Both the position numbers and the translations under genes were made by a program. The notes under the pieces are model-generated. The model was not told where the DNA came from. It saw only the letters and a list, made by a program, of their open reading frames with translations, and ran no database searches. A stretch of 64,000 bases of DNA from Mobula birostris (taxonomy: Eukaryota), in contig NC_092379.1 of NCBI RefSeq assembly GCF_030028105.1, forward strand, positions 19,383,309 through 19,447,308, given 5' to 3'. Each line of letters opens with the position of its first letter. Position 1 is the stretch's first letter. Positions 13,755 to 27,863 of the stretch are shown here, in pieces.

Positions 13755-15190
13755 ACTCTTTAAGAAGGGAGGAAGGCAAAAAAAAGGAAATTATAGGTCA
13801 GTTAGCCAAAACTCAGTGGCTGGGAAAGTGTTGGAGTCTCTTATTAAGGATGAGTTTTTGGGGTATTTGGAGACTAATGATGATATAAGTCAAAGTCAAC
13901 ATCGTCTCTACAATGGGAAATCTTGCCTGACAAATCTGTTAGAGTTCTTCAAGGAAGTAACAAGCAGGGTGGACAAAGGAGAGGCAGTGGATGTCATTTA
14001 CTTGGATTTTCAGAAGGCATTTGTTAAGGTGCCACACTTGAGGCTACTCAACAAGATAAAATCCGATGATGTTACAGGAAACGTACCGGCATGGATAGAG
14101 GAATGGCTGACAGGCAGCAGGCAGTGAGTGGGAATAAGAGGGGCCTTCTCTGGTTGGTTGCCATTGACGAGTGATGTTCCGCAGGGATCAGTATTGAGAC
14201 CGCTACTTTTCAGATTGTTTGTTTATGACTTTGATAATGGAATTGATGGCTTTGTGGCAAAGTATGAAGATAGGTAGAGGGGTAGATAGTGCTGAGGAAG
14301 CAATGCAATTGCAGCATGACTTAGACAAATTGGAAGATTTGGAAAAAAGTGGCAGATGAATTACAATCTAGGGAAATGTATGATAATGCATTTTGGTAAA
14401 AGGAACAATAGTGCGGACTATTATCTAAATGCGGAGAAGGTTCAAACATCAGAGGTGCAAAGGGACTTAGGAATCCTTGTGTAAGATTCCCAGAAGGTTA
14501 ATTTACAGGTCAAGCCTGTGATGAAGAAAGCAAATGGAATGTTGGCATTTATTTCAAGGGGAATAGAATATCAAAGCAAGGAGATAACGCAGAGGCTTCA
14601 TAAGACACTAATCAGGCCACACTTGGCATACTGTCATCGGTTTTGGGCCCAATATCTCAGAAAGGATGTGTTTTCATTGGAGAGTCCAGAGAAGGTTCAT
14701 GAGGATGATTCCAGGAATGACGGAGTTAAGGTATGAGGAGCAAATGGCAGATTTGGGCCTGTACTCACTGGAATTTAGTAGAATGCGGGGGAATCTCAGT
14801 TACCAAATGTTTACCAAACATCTACCAAATGTTGAAAAGACTAGATAGGATGGATGTGGAGTGTATGTTTCCTCTGGTGGGGGTATATGGAACAAGAGAG
14901 CACAGCCTCAAACTTGAGGGGCAATCTTTTAGAACAAAGGTAAGGAGGAATTTTTTTAGCCTGAAAATGCTGAATCTGCGGAATGCTCTGCCACAAACTG
15001 CAGTAGAGGCCAAATCATGGATGTATTTAAGGTGGAAGTTAATAGTTTCCTAATCGGTCAGGGCATCAAAGAATATGGCGAGAAGGCAGGTGTATGAGGT
15101 TGAGTGGAGTCTGGGATCAGCCGTGATGGAATAGCAGGGCAGCCTTGATGGGCTGAATGGCCTAATACTGCCCCCGTCTCACGGTCTTAT
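13755..15190 (+). mobile_element. CR1 RT-to-3' fragment inserted in a minus-strand CR1 (about 13620-13754 and 15190-16050)
   Basis: GKSCLTNLLEFF and YLDFQKAF; the flanks join into sequence matching 26520-26590. Confidence 0.82.
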
Positions 15191-16059
15191 GTCTGATATG
15201 GACTTGCCAGAGAAAAGGTGTTCCCAATTAACGCTTCTTAGTTCCTGCCTAATGCCCTTGTAGGTTGCCCTGTGTCAATTTAAATCTCTTCCACAAGGAC
15301 CATACCTATCCTTGTCGATAGCTATCCCAATCCCAATTTATCCGCATATTGAAATTCCTGATTACTCTCTTAACATTGCACTTTTGACATGCATTTTCTA
15401 TCTCTCATTGTAATTTGTAGACTGCATCTTTGCTACTGTGCGGAGGTCTGTATATAACTCATATCAAGGACTTTACCCTTACTGTTTCTTAGCTCTACCC
15501 ACAACAACTCTACAACTTCTGATCCTTTGTCACGTCTTTCTAATGATTTGATTTAATTTTTTTCCCAACACAGCTACACCACGCCTTCTACCTATCTCCC
15601 TGTCCTTTCAATTCAATGTTTTTTCTTTGGGCATCACCCCAAGGTTCATCACCCTTTTCCATTTCAACTCATCCCATTGACTGCAATTTTGCCCTAACAT
15701 CAGCCTTTGCTTGCTAGCAGACTCACTACACACTGCCTCTGTTTGTAAACCAACGAATAGGTCCTCAGCTCTATCACTCCATTTTCCATCCCCTGCCAAA
15801 TTAGTTCAAACCCTTCTGAACAGCTCCAGCAAACCTGCCCACAAAGATATTTATCTGCCTTGGATTCACGTGCAACCCATGAATATTCTTCCACCTTTTC
15901 CTTATCAAGACCCAGAAGACCCAGCATACTGATGCAGCTTCAGAGAAGGCACAACAGCTGCTGTATTTGTTTAGGAGCTTGAGGAGTTTTGGTATGTCAC
16001 TGTGGAGAGCAGTCTCACTGCACACTGCTTCTGTTTGTAAACCAACGACAGAATATTAT

Positions 16060-17500
16060 TTACTATCATGATAAATGATATATTTTCTAATAGAAATAGT
16101 AGTATTGGAATATCATTATTTGTGGATGATGGAGCTATATGGAAAAGGGGTGGGAATGTGGAATTTATAACACGGAAACTTCAAGAAGCAAATGTTAAGG
16201 TGGAAGATTGGGCATGAAAATAGGAATTCAGATTTTCAGCAGAGAAATCCAAAATAATGTTTTTCACTAGGGAGAGGACAGAACAACACTTGAAGCTATT
16301 ACTTTATGGTATGGAATTAGAAAATGTGGATACCTTTAAATTTTTAGGAATCTGGTTTGATAAAAGACTCACATGGTCAACACATAGTAAAGAAATAATA
16401 ACCAAAAGTAAGAAAGTGCTAAATGTTATGAGGTGTTTAAAAGGAAAGGAAAGGGGAGCTGACAGGGGCAATAAGGACAATACCAGTGGTGGCAATGCAG
16501 GTGGAGTTTGGAGAGACACCTCTGGAACTGAGAAGATCACAACTTGTGTTAACATATTGGGTAAACCTACAAGGGCCTGGAGAACATCATCCAAGTAAAC
16601 GGCTTTTAGATTGATGCTGGGAAAAGGAAAGAAAGAAATTCAGAAGTTTTGCATGGACTATTGAAGGGAAAGCAGAAAGGACAGGAGTTAGTAAAAAGGC
16701 AGTGAGTGATACAATGCCTTTTCCTGAGCTGTCTCCATGACTGTGTGAAGCACCAGGGGTGGATCCTAAATTATTCCAAAAGAGACAGAAAAATAGAGAG
16801 GTGATTTTAAATCAAGATATAGTTGAAACTTATGTAAATAATGGTCATTATGTATATTTACAAATGCAAACAAATGCTTCAAAACTGGCAATATTAGATT
16901 AGGGGTAGGATTGGTGGTGCCTGATTTTAACATGAAAAAGCAGGTGAGGATAGATGATGATTTCTCAGTGTATACAGATGAAATGACAGCTGGACTATTC
17001 ACTTTGCAGTGGGTGGAGGGGGTAAGATCAATTAGATTTGCAATATTGTCTGATTCAAGGACAACAATCAGGAGTCTAAAAGATTTACATTCAGAGGCAA
17101 GACGAGACATTGTAAGTAAGGTAATACAAACCTTATTTCGACTATATAATAATATCCAGAAAGAAATGGGATGGTTGAGGAATGCAGGAAAGAGCAGGAG
17201 GCAGGAGGTGATAACATCAAAATTGAGATTTGGGCACACAGGATTAAGGTACATCGTTTTTCATGAAGAAACACAATAATGGGAGTTGTGATTATTGTAA
17301 TCAACAAGACATAATCAAGAGAGTGGTTGGTTGATTTTAGAGTTATCACAGAATAAAATTCAATTTAAAATTAACAGCATTTTGCAGAAAGGATTGCAGG
17401 ATTATTACCTTAAGTATATAATGCAGTTCGTTAAGAACACAGGTCTTTTTATAAATTTGATACAAATATAAATATGGGGTCAAATTTAAAAATGTGTGTC
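16060..17500 (+). mobile_element. Decayed I/Nimb-like LINE with RNase H remnant
   Basis: ENVDTFKFLGIWFDKRLTW, SVYTDEMTA...LQWVE...ILSDS, ITSKLRFGHTGL. Confidence 0.65.
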
Positions 17501-17899
17501 ATGATATGTTGACCCACACTCTGGTTCAGTAGTGGCGGTAATGCACCCTCAAGCTTTTTGCCAACCACCATAAAAACCTTAGAACATTATCGACTATTGA
17601 AAGGCCCAGACGGGGTTGATGGGGAAAGGATGTTTGCGAGAGTGTCGGGATGCCAGTATACACAGGCCACTCCCACCATAGGCTGTTTGCCAAGGGAAGA
17701 CAGGAGGGAAACACCAGAGAAAAAGTCAGGTAGACACAGTGAACCAGAACTCCCACCTACCTGTTTCTATCCCTGCCGCCATTGGTTAAAAGGTCTGCTG
17801 GTCCTCCCACCCGTCTTTCATCTGGTTAGAGAAACATACAGACCATCTACCTCTATTGGTTGGAGGTCTGCATGTTCCCACCCTCCCTTTTTATCTCCA

Positions 17900-18860
17900 T
17901 TGGTTTGCGCACAGATCTGACATACGGCTTGCCCTACCAGTGGTCACATTTTTTAAAGTCGTTGTGGGGGTTGAATCGCATGAAAATTTTTCAGAAAGGT
18001 TCAATTCCTCGGCACAGATTCATCCTGCAAATTAACCATGAGAGAATCCTGCACAAGGATTCACAAAACCCTTTGCATCTCAGAGTTTTGTATTTTCTGT
18101 CCATTAGGAAAGAGTCAACCATTTCATTTCTTCTACCAAAGAGCATGACCATACAATTCCCAACATTGTATTCCATCTGCCTCTTCTTTGCCCACTCTCC
18201 TAATCTAATCTATTTAACTGTTTCTGTATTGTCCCTGCTTCCTCAAAACTACTTGCCCCTCGACCTATTGTCTGCAAACTTTCCAACAAATCCATCAAGT
18301 CCAACATCCAAATCACTGACATATAATGTAAAAAGGTAAAATCTTTCTGAATGTTGTGGTGTACACCATCTGGTCCATGTGACTTATTTACCTTCAGACC
18401 TTTCAATTTCTCAAGAATCTTCTCTGTAATAGTGGTAGCTTCACACACCTCATGACGCCGACACCTGGAACTTCTAACAGACTGCTAGTGTCATCCTCAC
18501 TGATGCAAGGTATTTATTCAGTTTGTCCACCATTTTCTTGTCCCCCATTATTACCTCTCCAGTATTTTTTCCAGTGGTCCGATACCCACTCTCGCATCTC
18601 TTTTACACTTTATGTATCTGAAGCAAGATTTGGTGTTCTCTTTAATACTATTGGGTAGCTAACTTTAGTATTCTGTCTTACTCTTCTTACTGATGTTTTT
18701 AGATGCCTTCTGTTGGTTTTAAATGCTGCCCAATCCTCTAACTTCCCACCAATGCGAGCTCAATGATATGCCCTGTCTTTGGCTGTTATGTTGCCTTTGA
18801 CTTCCATTGTTGTGTCATCTTGCCATGGTTGTGTCATCTTGCCTTTTGAACGCTTCTTCC
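17900..18860 (-). mobile_element. Degenerate CR1 fragments
   Basis: YNVGNCMVMLFGRRN and KSHGPDGVH fragments. Confidence 0.7.
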
Positions 18861-20455
18861 TCCTCAAATCCCCGTCTGAATCCTCAGGCAATGGCAGCGA
18901 GGCATTACAGAGGGTTATTTCCCTCTTGGAAATAGACTTCGAGGTTCAGCGTAAAAGAATCTTTTTCCTTCCTTCAGACCTAGTGGCTGGATTCCATAAG
19001 CTTGGCTGCAAGTTCCCCAGACTGTTCAGATATTTCCTTGGTCCTCTCCTGAACGAGAGGTCCCAACTAGATGGTGTTGGGACTTGCAGTGTATTGACGG
19101 GAAATGGCTTGTTCATCCTTGAGGGCAGGACTTGGTCACTCGAAGGTCTCAGGTTACCTCACACGGAAGGCAGCCCTCTTATTGGTTGTTGGTCACGGGA
19201 GAGTCTGAGTCTCAGAACACCATGGCGCAAACAAACCCTCTTATGATGACTGGAGCAAGCAATGATTCTCCCCTCCCTCCAGTCCACAGCTGGGGACATT
19301 CGGCCCACCAGTGACAGTCTTTCCCACAGTAAAAGCAGCGACCTTGACTCTGACGCCGGGACCTTTCATCGGCGGAGACTCCAGTACAATCGACCTGCAT
19401 GGGTCCAACTGGATCTTGAGTCGGCGACGGGCTGGTTATGGTCCGAGGTTCGGGGGTGAAACTGCGATGCGTAGGGACTGGGATTGGACCGGCTCACTTT
19501 GACTTCCTGAAGTGGTCCCACTTTTGGTCTGCCAGATGATTATTGAGATGGATGGACTGATCACTCAAAGCTTCTGCGATCTCAGTTGGCTTTCCTGAGG
19601 AGAGGCATCCTTCAGTTCATCCGTGGCAGTAGAACATGCCCACGGCCTCCCCATTCCAACCACTCTTCTGGGCCAAGGTCCAAAATTCGACTGCATTGTC
19701 GGCCGCAGACCATACCCACTGTTGAGCTCGCTGGCACCGATGAGGTGATTAAACACCTTCCTCATGGCAGCCATGAATTCCTCTGAATCCGAAGAGGTCT
19801 CAGACCTACATTCCAAATGCGTAGTGGCCCAGGCCAGGGCTCTTCCAGTCCGGAGAGAGATAATGAAGGCCACCTTTCCTCACTCTGAAGGGAATTGGGA
19901 CAGCTGTAGTTCAAACATGAATGAGCATTGGGTGAAGAGCCATGGCAAGAACCCGAGTCACTGTCGAATCTCTCTGGGGTTGAATGATGTGCTGGCTCCA
20001 TACAAGCATGAAATGGCTTTTCCAAACGACCTTGGCTTCCTCCTTGCAAAAGTTGTTGAATGGCTACCTGGTGTTCGTGAATCTCCAGGCCTTGTCTGGA
20101 AATCCTTGTCACCACAGTGGACGAAAGATTTTGATATCCCACTGGGTCCATGTTTGCTCAATTGTAATGTGACAAGAGTCCTTGATGAGAATGGTTTGGA
20201 CCCAATTGCCGGGGTAAACGAAGCAAGGTTCTAAACACAGTATCAAACTAGATCTGAGCGCAAAACAAATGCTGGATGATATCACCAGTTGGCTTATGAT
20301 TGAGCACCGAACCTCTGTTCAGCTGTTCCTTAAATACTTAATTCTTGGTGCCCAAACATGATTATCAATTAGCAGGACCATCCTGATTCCCTAAAGGGGC
20401 CATGCCAGCTATCCATACTCCCGGAAGTTGGTGCAGTTGGGAGTGTCTTGTAATA
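18860..20455 (-). mobile_element. Ty3/gypsy 5' portion: LTR (20168-20455), gag with CCHC knuckle, internally deleted
   Basis: MAFIISLRTGRALAWAT and CFYCGKDCHWWAEC; 18870-19290 is homologous to 2280-2830; the LTR matches 56683-57000. Confidence 0.82.
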
Positions 20456-20459
20456 ACGA

Positions 20460-21100
20460 CTTCTGGCTAGTCACGCTTGCCGTTGAGAATACCATGGACA
20501 CAATCTTTGATATCCCTGTTCCTGGCAGCAGGGATGCAACATACCATCTGGGTGTCTCTATCGAGCCCACAGAGCCTCGTCCCTGTTCTTCTGATGAAGG
20601 AATCTCCTATCATAACTACATTCCTCTTCAACTCTCTCCTCTTCTGAGCCACATCACCAGACTCAGTGCCAGAGACCCGGTCATTCTGGCTCCCCCCAGT
20701 AGATGGATTCCTCTCCATTGTATCTAAAGTTAAATGCTTGTTATTGAGGGGAACAGCCACAGGTGTTCTCTGCACTGGTTCTGCATTTCCCCTCAATCTC
20801 CTGACAGTCACCCAGTTACCTGTCTCCTGCAACCTTGGGGTAACTATCTCTCTGTAGCTCCTGTCTATCACTTCGTCATTCTCCCGTATGAGTCGAAGGT
20901 CATCGAGCTGCAGCTCCAGTTCCTTAATACATTCTCTCAGTTGCTGCAACTCGGCGCACCTGGTACAGATGTGTTCACCTGGGAGACTGGAGTCTCCCAG
21001 ACTTCCCACATCCCACACAGAGTGCAAAACCCTGCCCCTGAAACCATTCTCACTAAACTACCATGTCCTAATAGATGAGGAGTGAACAAATAGGAACAGA
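20460..21100 (-). mobile_element. CR1 ORF1 fragment (Zn-finger, coiled coil, GDS esterase-like)
   Basis: HICTRCAELQQLRECIKELELQLDDL...VMIGDS; homologous to 23059-23800. Confidence 0.85.
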
Positions 21101-21254
21101 AAGAGAGAAACCTTGTGGTCTTATGGAAGGTGGAGCAGGGTTGAAATGGAGGAAATTCATGAGACATAATCTCCCACACACACAGCCTTGTTGACTAATC
21201 CTAATCAACCCAAGTTTTTTGAAATAGCTCTTAACCCTCAGGTCTCCTCCATTA

Positions 21255-22740
21255 AAACCATAAGATATAGCAGTAGAATTAGGCCATTTTGGCCCATCAA
21301 GTCTGCTTCACCATTTCATCATGGCTGATCCACTTTCCCTCTCAGTCCCAATCTCCTGCCTTCTCCCTGTATCCCGTCATGCCCTGACTAATCAAGAATC
21401 TATCAACCTCTGCCTTGAATATACCTAAAGAATTGGCCTCCACAGCTGCATGTGGCAGCAACTTCCACAGATTCATCACTCTCTGCTGAAAAAAATTTGT
21501 CCTGATATCCTTTCTAAAACAGGCCCCTCAATTTTGATGCTGCGTTCTCTGGTCATAGACTTTTCCACCATGAGAAGCATCCTCTCTATATCCACTCTAT
21601 CAAGGCCTTTCAACATTTGATCAGTTTCAATAATGTCAGCCCTTATTCTTCTGAATTCCACTGAGCACAGGCCCAAAGCCATCAAACGGTCTTCATATGA
21701 CATGCTTTCAATTCTGGAATCATTTACATGAATTCCTTTGAACCCTCTCCAATGTCAGCACATCCTTTCTTAGATAAGGGGGCCGAAATTGCTCACAGTA
21801 GTCAAAGTGAGGCCTTACCAGTGCTTTTGAAAGCTTCAATATTACATCCTTGCATTTATCTTGTAGTCCCTTTGAAATTAATGCTGACATCACATTTGCC
21901 TTCCTCACCACTGACTCAACCTGCAAATTAACCTTCAGGGAATCCCACACAAGGACTCCCAAGTCCGTTTGCACCTCAGATTTTTGAATTTTCTCTCTAT
22001 TTAGAAAATAGTCTATGCTTTACTTTTACGAGTTCCTTTACTTTTAACTCTGGTTCATTGCACAACCCCCAATGCAGAATAGCTAATTGCCTGGTGGGCT
22101 CAATCACCAGCTGCTCTGAAAAAAACAAGCTCGTAGGCATTCTACAAATTCCTTCCCTTGGAATCCGGCACCTTAATGATTTAGTACAGCACAGGCCGTT
22201 CAGCCCACAATATTGTGCTAAACCAGCTATAAAGCAAATCAAAACCGTCCAGACATCAATCCCTCCTACTTACACCATGTGCAGCGCCCTCCTACTTCCT
22301 TACAACAACTGAGAAAGAGATACTCTCTGTCCACTCATATGCCTCTCATAATCTTGTACACCTCTATCTGATGCTCAGAGGAAACAAACCAAGTTTATCC
22401 AGCCTCTCATGATAGCACATGCCCTCTAAACCAGGCAGCGTCCTGGTAAACCTCTTCTGCAACCTCTCCGAAGCCTCAGCATATTTCCTATAGTGGGCCA
22501 ACCTGAACTCTACGCAATACTCCAGATGTGATCGAACCAGGCTTTTATAAAGTTGCAAAATAACGTCCTGACCTTTGAACTCAATGCCGCAACTAATACA
22601 AGCAAGCCTTCTGCAAATCTTGTTAAGCCCCTTATTGAACTGTGTAGCCATTTTCAAGGAGATTGAACTTGGATCACAAGATCTCTCTGCTCAGCAACAC
22701 TGTTAAGAACCTTGCCATTAAAGGTGTGCCCTTGTTCCCT
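21255..22740 (-). mobile_element. CR1 3' fragments
   Basis: LVRPHFDYC and LVRSHLEYC motifs. Confidence 0.8.
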
Positions 22741-22799
22741 TCATAAACAGAGGTACAATATTAGTTCTGATGACTTATGCATCTTAATTCGGAGCAGGA

Positions 22800-25700
22800 A
22801 GGCTGCCAGTGAACGGCTAAGGATTTCTCGAGCGAAGGCATTTTGCTACTCGGGGTAAAAGAGAGGCAAGACTGCGCAAGCACATGACATCAACCAGTAG
22901 AGCAGGAAAAGTTCGAAAAGAAGACCGCCATATTCAGTGGGCAGCATTCAGAGCAGGCAACGGAGTGAGAAGTAGCAGAGTGAGAGGGCTTTAGCTCAAT
23001 GGGCTTAGGCAGTAGCGAGGCAAGGTGGGTTTACCTGTGTTCATAGCGGAAAGGAAGTATGTGTGTGAGGCTGGTGTTCTGTGCTCGGTGTCAGATGTGG
23101 GAGGTCCTGGAGTCTCCTAGTCTCCTAGACAGCCATATCTGCACCCAGTGTGTCAAGCTGCGGCTCCTAAGGGACCGCGTTAGGGAACTGGAGATGCAGC
23201 TCGATGACCTTCGTCTGATCAGGGAGAGTGAGGAGGTGATAGAGAGGAGTTATAAGCAGGTGGTCACACCGGGGCCATGGGAGACAGACAAGTGGGTAAC
23301 AGTTAGGAGAGGGAAGAGGAAGAGTCAGGTACTAGAGAGTACCCCTGTGGCTGTACCCCTTGACAATAAGTACTCCTGTTTGAGTACTGTTGGGGGGGAC
23401 AGCTTACCTGGGGGAAGCAACAGTGGCTGTGCCTCTGGCACAGAGTCCGGCCCTGTGGCTCAGAAGGGGAGGGAAAGGAAGAGAATGGCTGTCATGATAG
23501 GGGACTCTATAGTTACGGGGTCAGACAGGCGATTCTGTGGATGCAGGAAAGAAACTTGGATGGTAGTTTGCTTCCCAGGTGCCAGGATCCGGAATGTTTC
23601 AGGTCACGTCCAAGGTATCCTGCAGTGGGAGAGAGAACAGCCAGAGGTCGTGGTACATATTGGTACCAATGACATTGGTAGGAAAAGGGAAGAGATCCTG
23701 AAAAAAAGACTACAGGGAGTTAGGCTGTATTTGATTTGGTATTCGGAAATGAACCTGGTCAGGTGTCAGATCTCTCAGTGGAAGAGCATTTTGGAGGTAG
23801 TGATCATAATTCTATCTCCTTTACAATAGCATTGGAGAGAAATAGGAACAGACAAGTTAGAAAAGCGTTAATTGGAGTAAGGGGAATTATGAGGCTATCA
23901 GGCAGGAAATTGGAAGCTTGAATTGGGAACAGATGTTCTCAGGGAAAAGTATGGAAGAAATGTGGCAAATGTTCAGGGGATATTTGTGTGGAGTTCTGCA
24001 TAGGTACATTCCAATGAGACAGGGAAGTTATGGTAGGGTACAGGAACCATGGTGCACAAAGGCTGTAATAAATCTAGTCAAGAAGAAAAGAAAAGCTTAC
24101 AAAAGGTTCAGAGAGCTAGGTAATGTTAGAGATCTAGAAGATTATAATGCTAACAGGAAGGAGCTTAAAAAGGAAATTCTGGGAGCCAGAAAGGGCCATG
24201 AGAAGGTCTTGGCAGGCAGAATTAAGGAAAACCCCAAGGCATCCTACAAGTATGTAAAGAGCAAGAGGCTAAGATGTGAAAGAATAGGACCTATCAAGTG
24301 TGACAGTGGGAAAGTGCGTACGGAGCCAAAAGAAATAGCAGAGGTACTTAATGAATGCTTTACTTCAGTATTCACTATGGAAAAGGATCTTGGTAATTGT
24401 AGTGATGACTTGCAGCAGACTGAAAAGCCTGAGCATATAGATATTAAGAAAGAGGATGTGCTGGATCTTTTGGAAAGCATCAAGTTGGATAAGTTGCCGG
24501 GACCGGATGAGATATACCCCAGGCTACTGTGGGAGGCGAGGGAGGAGATTGCTGAGCCTCTGGCAATGATCTTTGAATCGTCAATGGTGACAGGAGAGGT
24601 TCTGGAGGATTGGAGGGTTGCAAATGTTGTTCCTTTATTCAAGAAAGGGAGTAGAGATAGCCCAGGGAATTATAGACCAGTGAGTCTTACTTCAGTGGTT
24701 GGTAAGGTGATGGAGAAGGTCCTAAGAGGCAGGATTTTTGAACATTTGGAGAGATATAGTATGATTAGGAATAGTCAGCATGGCTTTGTCAAGGGCAGGT
24801 CGTGCCTTACAAGCCTGATTGAATTTTTTGAGGATATGACTAAACACATTGATGAAGGAAGAGCAGTAGATGTAGCGTATATGGATTTCAGCAAGGCATT
24901 TGATAAGGTACCCCATGCCAGGCTTATTGAGAAAGTCAGGAGGCATGGAATCCAAGGGGACATTGCTTTGGGGATCCAGAACTGGCTTGCCCACAGAAGG
25001 CAAAGAGTGGTTGTAAATGGGTCATATTCTGCATGGAGGTTGGTGACCAGTGGTATGCCTCAGGGATATGTTCTGGAACTCCTACTCTTCGTGATTTTTA
25101 TAAATGACCTGGATGAGGAAGTGGAGGGATGGGTTAGTAAGTTTACTGATGACACAAAGGTTGGTGGTGTTATGGATAGTGTGGAAGGCTGTCAGAGGTT
25201 ATAGTGGGACATTGATAGGATGCAAAACTGGGCTGAGAAGTGGCAGATGGAGTTCAACCCAGATAAGTGTGAAGTGGTTCATTTTGGCAGGTCAAGTATG
25301 ATGGCAGAATATAGTAGTAATGGTAAGACTCTTGGCAGGGTGGAGGATCAGAGGGATCTTGGGGTCCAAGTCCATAGGATGCTCAAAGCAGCTGCCCAGG
25401 TTGACTCTGTGGTTAAGAAGGCATACGGTGTATTAGCCTTCATTAATCGTCAAATTGAATTTCGGAGCCGAGAGGTAATGTTGGACCCTGGTCAGACCCC
25501 ACTTGGAGTACTGTGCTCAGTTCTGTTCGCCTCACTACAGGAAGGATGTGGAAGCCATAGAAAGGGTGCAGAGGAGATTTATAAGGACGTTGCTTGGACT
25601 GGGGAGCATGCCTTATGAAAACAGATTGAGTGAACTTGGCCTTTTCTGCTTGGAGCGACGGAGGATGAGAGGTGACCTGATAGAGGTGTATAAGATGATG

Positions 25701-26040
25701 AGAGGCATTGCCCGTGTGGATAGTCAGAGGCTTTTTCCCAGGACTGAAATGGTTGCCACAAGAGGGCACAGGTTTAAGGTGCTGGGGAGTAGGTACAGAG
25801 GAGATGGTATGTTTTTTTTTATGCAGAGAGTTGTGAGTGCGTGTAATGGGCTACTGTCAACGGTGGTGAACGTGGATACGATAGAGTCTTTTAAGAGACT
25901 TTTGGATAGGTACATGGAGCTTAGAAAAATAGAGGGCTATGGGTAAGCCTAGTAATTTCCAAGTTAGGGACATGTTCAGCACAACTTTGTGGGCCAAAGG
26001 GCCTGTATTGTGCTGTAGGTTTTCTAAGTTTCTATGTTCC
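22800..26040 (+). mobile_element. Near-full-length CR1 LINE: ORF1 (23059-23800) and ORF2 (23918-25946), most of the endonuclease deleted
   Basis: ORF1 C-x2-C and GDS motifs; 428-aa RT ORF with YMDFSKAFDK and FTDDTK; 3' tail gtttctatgtt. Confidence 0.92.
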
Positions 26041-27700
26041 TATGTTAATCCCTTTACGGAGGCCCAATACTTCCTCCAACTTTACCTCGAAATGCCCAAA
26101 TTTATTTGTACATTCAGCACTGATCTCTTGGTCATCCACATCTTTTTCCTTTGTAAATACTGAAGCAAAGTACTCATTAAGTACCTCACTCACATTCTCT
26201 GCATCCAAGCTGATATTCCCCCCTTTATCATTAAGTGGTCCCACCCTCTCCCGAGTTATCCTCTTACCCTTGACTTATGTATAGAATGCCTTGGGATTCA
26301 CCTTAATCTAACTTGCCAAGGACTTTTCATAGCCCCTGCTGGCTTTCCTAATTTCCTTTAGTTCCTTTCTGGCTTCTTTATACCCCTAATGTGCTTTGTT
26401 TGATTCAACCTTTACATACTTGATCTTTTTCTTCTTGACTAAACTCATCACCTCTCTGAACATCCAGGGTTCTCTTATCTTTGCATCCTCATCCTTCCTT
26501 CTGACAGGAACATACTTTTCCTGTACTCTGTGCAATTGCTCTTTAAACACCTTCCACATGTCTGATGTGAACTTGCCAGAGAAAAGGTGTTTACAATTAA
26601 CAATTCTTGGTTCCTGCCAAATGCCCTTGTAAATTGCCCTATGCCAATTTAAAATTGTTCCACAAGGATAATACCTATCCTTGTCAATAGTTATCCTGAA
26701 AGTTAACGAGTTGTCACTCTTCCCTTACTGTTCACCCACTGAAAGATCAGTCACCTGGCCAGGCTCATTCTCCAGTACCAGGAGCAGTATGGCCCCTCCT
26801 TTCATTGGACCATACACATATTGATTTGAGAAACCTTCTTGGATGCACTTAACAAATTCAGCCCGATCAGAATCCCTTAAACTCTCCCATGTAGCATCAG
26901 CAAATCTTGAAGCCAGGTTAATTGTTCCCCTGCAGTTCAGGTGCAATCCATCTCAATCAACCTGCATACTGAAATTCCCATTGATTATCTTAACATTGCA
27001 CTTTTGACATGCATCTTCCGTCTCCCATTGTAATTTGTAGACCACATATTTGTTATACTATTTGCAGGTCTGTTTCTAATTCCCATCAGGGACTTTCACC
27101 CTTGCAAATTCTTAGCTCTACCTAGAACGGTTCTATACCATCTGATCCTATGTCACCTCTTTCTAATCATTTAATTTAATTTTTTACCAACACAGCCACA
27201 CCACACCTTCGGCCTACTTCCCTGTCCTTTCGATACAATATGTATCCTTGGACATCAAGCTCCCAGTTATACAGTAATCTTCTTTCAGCCACAATTCAGT
27301 GATACCCATAATGTCATACATGCCAATCTGTAGCTGTGTTACAAGTTCATCTAGCATAGTGTATTCCGTATACTATGTGCGTTCAGATATAACACCTTCA
27401 GTCTTGTGTTTATCACAGTTCAAAATTTTGTCTCCCTTTTACATTGTAACTCATCCCGTTGACGGCAATTTTACCCGAACATCAACTTCTTCTTGCTAGC
27501 AGTCTCACTACACACTGCTTCTGTTTGTAAACCAACAACTTGATCCTCAACCCTTTCACTTCATTTCCCATCCCCCTGCCAAATTTGTTCCAACCCTTCT
27601 GAACAACTCTAGCAAACTGGTCTGCAAATCTATTTGCCTCCATCGATTCAGGTGTAACCTGTCCCTTTTCTACAGGTCATAACTTCTGCTTATCAAGGCC
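26040..27700 (-). mobile_element. Degenerate CR1 (ORF1 end, ORF2 start)
   Basis: MHLNCRGTINLA, ENEPGQVTDLSVGE, EVLNEYFASVFTKE. Confidence 0.8.
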
Positions 27701-27863
27701 CAGAGTCTTCGAGTAAAGAGGAAAGGTGTAAAGTTCCCAGGGGTTGTGAAGGGCTTCAGACTGCATTGTCTGTTGACTGTGCTGTCGTTGGGATTGCAGT
27801 GTCAGAGAATGCAATGTGAAGTAAGGAAGGTGAAAGTTTGGGTTTCATGGGAGTCTCTGTTAG

